Assembly: GCA_963745865.1 (NCBI GenBank)
Contig: CAVUYZ010000004.1
Location: 149,288-213,287, forward strand
Source of the DNA: an uncultured bacterium
GTDB taxonomy: Bacteria; Actinomycetota; Acidimicrobiia; Spongiisociales; ZC4RG35
DNA length: 64,000 nucleotides
Direction: 5' to 3'
Part shown: positions 60,027 to 64,000 of the stretch, piece by piece
Layout of the letters: each line of letters starts with the position of its first letter
Position numbering within the stretch: the first letter of the stretch is position 1
The notes under the pieces: generated by a model
What the model saw: only the letters and a program-made list of their open reading frames with translations
Told to the model about the DNA's origin: nothing
Database searches by the model: none
Program-made: the position numbers and the translations under genes

Positions 60027-60879
60027 TCAGGGAGCGGAGGGGCGTTCCACCGGCATCCCCACCATCGATCCCCATTCGGTCCACGAGCCGTCGTAGACAC
60101 GCACATTCTTGCGGTTGGACAGCCGGGTCAGGGCAAACCAACCAAGCGAGGCTCGATGCGACAGCCGGCAATAGGTGACGACGTCGCTGTCGTCGTCTGC
60201 ACCGATCGACTCGAACGCCGACTCGAGCTCCTCGGGTCCGAGGAACGTCCCGTCGGGCGCCAAGAGGCGATCGTGCGGCAGGTGGCGCGCCCCGGGGATG
60301 TGCCCGGCTCGCTCGGCGCCATGGTCATAGGGTGCCGTCGTCGGAGCGACCCGCTCGCCGGCGAACTCCTCAGCCGAGCGGAGGTCGACGATGACGCGCT
60401 TCGCATCTCCCAGCCCGGCCAGCACGTCATCGCGCCCGACCCGGCCATCCTGCACCGGGCGACCTGGATTCGGGCCGGAGCGAGGGCTCCACCGTTGTCG
60501 GGTCGAGCGTCAGGCGCCGTCCCTGCTCGGTCCATGTGGCGTGGCCGCCGTCCAGCACCACCACCTGGTCCTCGAAGCCGGTCAGCGCGAGCACCCAATA
60601 GGCATAGGTGGCGAATTGGATGGGGTCTCCGATCAACACGATCGTCGAGTGGTCATCCGCTCCGAACGCGCCGAGTCTCCGTGACATCTCGTCTGGCTCG
60701 GGAAACTGGCGGTCGGTGTCGTCCCAGCACAGGTCCTTCCAGTAGACGTAGTGGGACCCGGGAACATGCCCTTCGAACCACGCAGCCTTCGATGGCGGGT
60801 AGAAGGAGACGTCGAGAACGACGAGGTCTTCTTCGCCAAGCCGATGCTCGAGCCAGTCGCCGTCGACGAGCGCAGTCAT
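60027..60879 (-). CDS. two-domain rhodanese (thiosulfate/3-mercaptopyruvate sulfurtransferase-like); frame broken near 60465-60490
   Basis: MTALVDGDWLEHRLGEEDLVVLDVS...GHVPGSHYV (inactive domain) joins ...VIVDLRSAEEF..GHIPGARHLP...VVTYCRLSHRAS (active-site Cys loop). The ATG overlaps the OsmC stop (ATGA). Length 853 = 3n+1. Confidence 0.8.
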
Positions 60880-61274
60880 CGAGCGACCCGGAACGTGACG
60901 TCCACGTCGGGCGGGATCTCCAGGGTGCGTCCGATCTTGCACGACGAGGCGACCCGCTCGAGCGAGGCTCGCTGGCGATCGGTCGCGTCTGCACCCACCT
61001 CCATGGTCACGGTGATCCGTCCGATCCGCTTCGGGGTCTTGGCTTCGTCGGCGTCGACATCCATGTCGATGCTCGTGACCGGGATGTCCTGATCCATCGC
61101 GAAGTTGAGCATGGTCCCTGCCATGCAGGAGGCCAGCCCGGCCAGCAGGAGTTCCGTCGGTCTGAACCCGTCACCGGGTCCGCCCGCCTCGACCGTGTCG
61201 TCGACGATCACGTCGACTCCTCGTGCCGAGATCTTGAAGCGCCTGCCTTCGATCTGTTCCAGATGTACCTGCAC
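60876..61274 (-). CDS. OsmC-family protein (both Cys present)
   Basis: GTG at 61274 follows aggag plus 5 nt. The product reads VQVHLEQIEGRRFKISARG...FRPTELLLAGLASCMAGT...RVASSCKIGRTL. Confidence 0.7.
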   Translation of the reverse strand: MQVHLEQIEGRRFKISARGVDVIVDDTVEAGGPGDGFRPTELLLAGLASCMAGTMLNFAMDQDIPVTSIDMDVDADEAKTPKRIGRITVTMEVGADATDRQRASLERVASSCKIGRTLEIPPDVDVTFRVAR

Positions 61275-61284
61275 GTTTGCTCCT

Positions 61285-62409
61285 TCAGCGATACTTGAGG
61301 CCGGTGCCCGTGTTGAACACAACGACCCGATCGTCCTCGCCGATCCAGCCCGATGCCCGGAGCCGGCGGGTCGCAGCCCACACGGCGCCGCCCTCGGGGC
61401 AGACGTCCACGCCGGAACTCGCCGCCAGGGCAGCCGTCTGCTCCAGCATCTCCTCTTCCGGTATGGCGATGGCCGTTCCTCCGGTCTCCCTGACCGCTCG
61501 GAGGCACAGGAAGCCTCCGATCGGGCCGGGCACCCGCAAGCCGTACGCGGTGGTGTGGGCGTTCTCCCACGTCTCCGTGGTGTCGGCACCCGCCTCGAAT
61601 GCCTTGACGATGGGCGCGCACCCGGCGGTCTGCACCGAGACCAGCCTCGGTCGCTCGGGACCGATCCAGCCCATCTGCTCCATCTCGTTCCACGCCTTCC
61701 ACATCCCCACGAGGCCGGTTCCGCCTCCGGTCGGGTAGACGACGACCTCCGGCATGTTCCCGTCGAACTGCTCGTACAGCTCGTACCCCATCGTCTTCTT
61801 CCCCTCGACCCGGTAGGGCTCCTTCATGGTCGAGACGTCGAAGTCGTTCGGGCCGCGATTGGCGGCGAGCCACTTGCCCGCGTCCGAGATCGTGCCAGGA
61901 ACCAGGTTGACGTCGGCCCCGTAGTGTCGGCACTCGTCGACGAATGCCTTCGGGGTGTCTTCGGGCATCGCCACGACGACCGGCATGCCGGCCGAGGCGC
62001 CATAGGCCGAGAGGGCGCTGGCTGCGTTCCCGGCGGAAGGGGCGACCAGACGCTCAGCTCCGAGCTCACGGGCTGCTGACACGGCCATCGACATCCCTCG
62101 CGCCTTGAAGGATCCGGTTGGATTCCGGGCCTCGTCCTTGATCCATGTCTGATCGTCGACGGAGATGAGGGGCGTCCACCCCTCGACGAGGGTGACCGCG
62201 TCCGCGATGTCCACCGGGAGCACCGCCGAATACCGCCACATCGAGGCGACGGCGCCGTCGATGATGTCGGCCGGGGCTCCGTCGGGGAGGCGAACGTCGG
62301 CGCGGAGCGGTAGACCGCACTCCTCGCACAGGGTGGTCAGTCGCCCGGGATCCATGGTGTGTCCGCAGGCGAAACAGGTGAGTGTGTCTGTGTTCTGTGT
62401 GATGGACAT
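61285..62409 (-). CDS. threonine synthase-family PLP enzyme with N-terminal Cys4 zinc-ribbon
   Basis: MSITQNTDTLTCFACGHTMDPGRLTTLCEECG...DEARNPTGSFKARGMSMAV (the PLP lysine)...YPTGGGTGLVG.... Confidence 0.75.
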   Translation of the reverse strand: MSITQNTDTLTCFACGHTMDPGRLTTLCEECGLPLRADVRLPDGAPADIIDGAVASMWRYSAVLPVDIADAVTLVEGWTPLISVDDQTWIKDEARNPTGSFKARGMSMAVSAARELGAERLVAPSAGNAASALSAYGASAGMPVVVAMPEDTPKAFVDECRHYGADVNLVPGTISDAGKWLAANRGPNDFDVSTMKEPYRVEGKKTMGYELYEQFDGNMPEVVVYPTGGGTGLVGMWKAWNEMEQMGWIGPERPRLVSVQTAGCAPIVKAFEAGADTTETWENAHTTAYGLRVPGPIGGFLCLRAVRETGGTAIAIPEEEMLEQTAALAASSGVDVCPEGGAVWAATRRLRASGWIGEDDRVVVFNTGTGLKYR

Positions 62410-62433
62410 ATCTGTCGAAGATAGTGGGTGATC

Positions 62434-62447
62434 TGCAATCGATTGCC
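62434..62447. promoter_or_regulatory. LacI-type palindromic operator candidate (site 7 of 7)
   Basis: TGCAATCGATTGCC lies in the divergent region between the thrC-like gene (start 62409) and the ADH (start 62492). Confidence 0.55.
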
Positions 62448-62491
62448 GGATCGGACCGGTTCGGCATGTTCTCGGCGGATACTCTCGGTCC

Positions 62492-63532
62492 ATGACGACT
62501 GAGACGATGCGCGCCGTACTGTTGGAAGAGGCCGACGGGCCCCTCGTGGTCCGGGAGGTGGAGAAACCGGTCCCGAAGCCGGGTGAAGCCCTTCTGGCTG
62601 TCGGGGGGTGCGCGGTGGATCGATTCGACATCGCCATCCGCAACGGCGTGCGCGAACGTGCCGCCCGGCTCCCGCACATCCTCGGTCACGAGATCGCCGG
62701 AACGGTCGTCGCCGTTGGCGACGGCGTCGAGAACGTGGAGGTCGGTGAGCGGGTGGCATCGACGCTCTACCTCGTGTGCGGGCGGTGTCGCTGGTGTCTC
62801 AGCGGTCGGGAGACGATCTGCGAGAACTTCGGTGGCCACGTCGGCGTGAACACTCCGGGGGGCTACGCCGAGTACGTATCGCTTCCTGCCCGCAACCTCG
62901 TCCCGATTCCCGATGCGATCGACTTCGCTGCTGCGTCCGTGTTCGCCAATGCCATCGGCACCCCCTATCACGCACTGGTCGTACGCATGGATCTCCGGCC
63001 GGGCGACAGGCTGGTTGTGACTGGGGCGGGCGGCGGCGTTGGGCTGCATGCCGTCCAGCTAGGAGCGATGGTGGGAGCCGATGTCATGGCGGTCGACCTC
63101 GGACAGGACAAACTCGACACGGCCATGACACTCGGCGCATCCGCCGCAATCGACCCCACCGAACAGGATCTCGGAGAGGCGATCCGGGAGTGGACCGGCG
63201 GTGTCGGCGCCGACGGCGTGCTCGAGCTCGTCGGTCCTGCGACCATGCCGACAACACTCGCGGGCCTCGCAAAGGGCGGAAGCATGGTCATCGTCGGGTC
63301 TCACACCGGCGCCGAGTGGTCGATCGATCCAAATGAGATCTATCGCAAGGAATGGGAGATCCTCGGTTCGCGCAACGTCTCGGCCGATGAGTTGCGCATT
63401 GTCGTCGATCTCGTCACCCGCGGGCTGGTCACGCCGGTCATCGCCGAGACCGGCCCGCTCGAGGAGGCCCAGCGGTTTCAGGATCGGGTATCGAGCGGCG
63501 AGGTCGTCGGTCGCGACGTCTTGATCCCCTGA
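62492..63532 (+). CDS. zinc-type (MDR) alcohol dehydrogenase
   Basis: Intact 346 aa ORF with ..GHEIAGTVVAVG..VGERV..CGRCRWCLSGRETIC...VTGAGGGVG.... Confidence 0.85.
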   Translation: MTTETMRAVLLEEADGPLVVREVEKPVPKPGEALLAVGGCAVDRFDIAIRNGVRERAARLPHILGHEIAGTVVAVGDGVENVEVGERVASTLYLVCGRCRWCLSGRETICENFGGHVGVNTPGGYAEYVSLPARNLVPIPDAIDFAAASVFANAIGTPYHALVVRMDLRPGDRLVVTGAGGGVGLHAVQLGAMVGADVMAVDLGQDKLDTAMTLGASAAIDPTEQDLGEAIREWTGGVGADGVLELVGPATMPTTLAGLAKGGSMVIVGSHTGAEWSIDPNEIYRKEWEILGSRNVSADELRIVVDLVTRGLVTPVIAETGPLEEAQRFQDRVSSGEVVGRDVLIP

Positions 63533-63535
63533 ACC

Positions 63536-64000
63536 TCAGGTGGCGAGCCCGACGTCGGTGTCACCGAGAACCTGCTGATGGCCGATGCCGAGCGTCTTGA
63601 TCCACCGCTGCTGTCCGCTGGTCAGCGCAATGAAGAAGCCGAGCTCGACCAGCTCCGGCTCGGTGAAGTGCGTGTGAAGGGCCGACCACAGTTCCTCGTC
63701 GGCAAGTTCAGAGTCCCAGATGATGGCGCTGGTGTAGCGCAGCGCCGTCTTCTCTCGCTCTGAGAATCGGTCCGAGTCCTCGAACTTGAGCAGATCGTCG
63801 TAGTGCTCTTCGGTGAGGCCTTTCCGTCCAGCCTGGACGGAGCGTTGGACGCCTCAATACTCACAGGCAATCGACTTTGAGACATAGACGCGGCAGAGCT
63901 CCTTCACTTCGTGGTCGAGAACGCCATCGAGGAAGGTGGTCCTCCACGCCTGGGTGAACGAGTGGAGGACTGCCGGGACGTGGGCGCGGATTGCCTGGCT
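63536..64000 (-). CDS. carboxymuconolactone decarboxylase (CMD)/AhpD-like protein, 5'-partial, with in-frame TGA (63856..63854) giving a C-x-x-TGA motif; candidate selenoprotein
   Basis: Own translation of the minus strand from 64000 gives SQAIRAHVPAVLHSFTQAWRTTFLDGVLDHEVKELCRVYVSKSIACEY-TGA-GVQRSVQAGRKGLTEEHYDDLLKFEDSDRFSEREKTALRYTSAIIWD...LGLAT-TGA. The frame is continuous (465 = 3n) and GC3 is high on both sides of the TGA. Confidence 0.55.
63824..63840 (-). other. SECIS-like stem-loop downstream of the CMD/AhpD TGA
   Basis: The minus strand reads CCGTCCA-GGC-TGGACGG, a 7-bp perfect stem that starts 13 nt after the TGA. The loop is G-rich. Confidence 0.35.

Noticed and set aside
1-64000. 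Search for defence systems, prophage, toxin-antitoxin pairs, transposases or integrases.
   Set aside because: None of the translated ORFs with coding-like composition showed nuclease, helicase, methylase, integrase, transposase or phage structural signatures that I could recognise.

Overview
High-GC bacterial chromosomal segment, GC judged by eye and not computed. It looks actinobacterial: GlgE pathway, a SARP regulator, and many 4-nt ATGA/GTGA stop-start overlaps. Genes are densely packed and I saw no rRNA, tRNA, CRISPR, integrase or transposase.

Gene content, left to right:
- 0.4-14.4 kb: a six-gene minus-strand alpha-glucan/trehalose operon, glgB-treZ-GH57-treY-glgE-treS/mak.
- 14.5-27 kb: housekeeping and accessory genes. 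These are a tocopherol-cyclase-like protein, an S9 peptidase, a double GNAT, a methyltransferase, a small ORF coupled to a SARP regulator, a lipoprotein, a tryptophanase-family lyase and an ABC-2 exporter.
- 27-37.6 kb: a nitrogen-compound cluster. It holds RidA, a Liv-type ABC importer, an amidohydrolase, a cupin, an orphan form-II CoxL-like molybdoenzyme and a nitrilase.
- 39-64 kb: a run of catabolic and redox operons. These are a NitT/TauT ABC system, amidohydrolase_2/CoA-transferase/OsmC/ADH, O-methyltransferase/dienelactone hydrolase, an OsmC-LigBA meta-cleavage operon, an MFS transporter, an Opp/Dpp operon, thrC-like/OsmC/rhodanese, a second ADH and a CMD/AhpD-like gene.

Main observations:
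1. Two in-frame TGA codons sit exactly where redox-active cysteines are expected, one in an OsmC-family gene and one in the CxxC motif of a CMD/AhpD-like gene. Each is followed by a stem-loop. Both are candidate selenocysteine codons.
2. A LacI-type palindrome (consensus TGCAAWCGWTTGCA) recurs in seven intergenic regions between 33.9 and 62.4 kb. No LacI-family gene lies in the window.
3. About 20 single-nucleotide frame disruptions in 16 genes all behave as +1 insertions. They look more like assembly or basecalling errors than gene decay, so I annotate those genes full length and flag each break.

I did not recognise a defence or mobile system.
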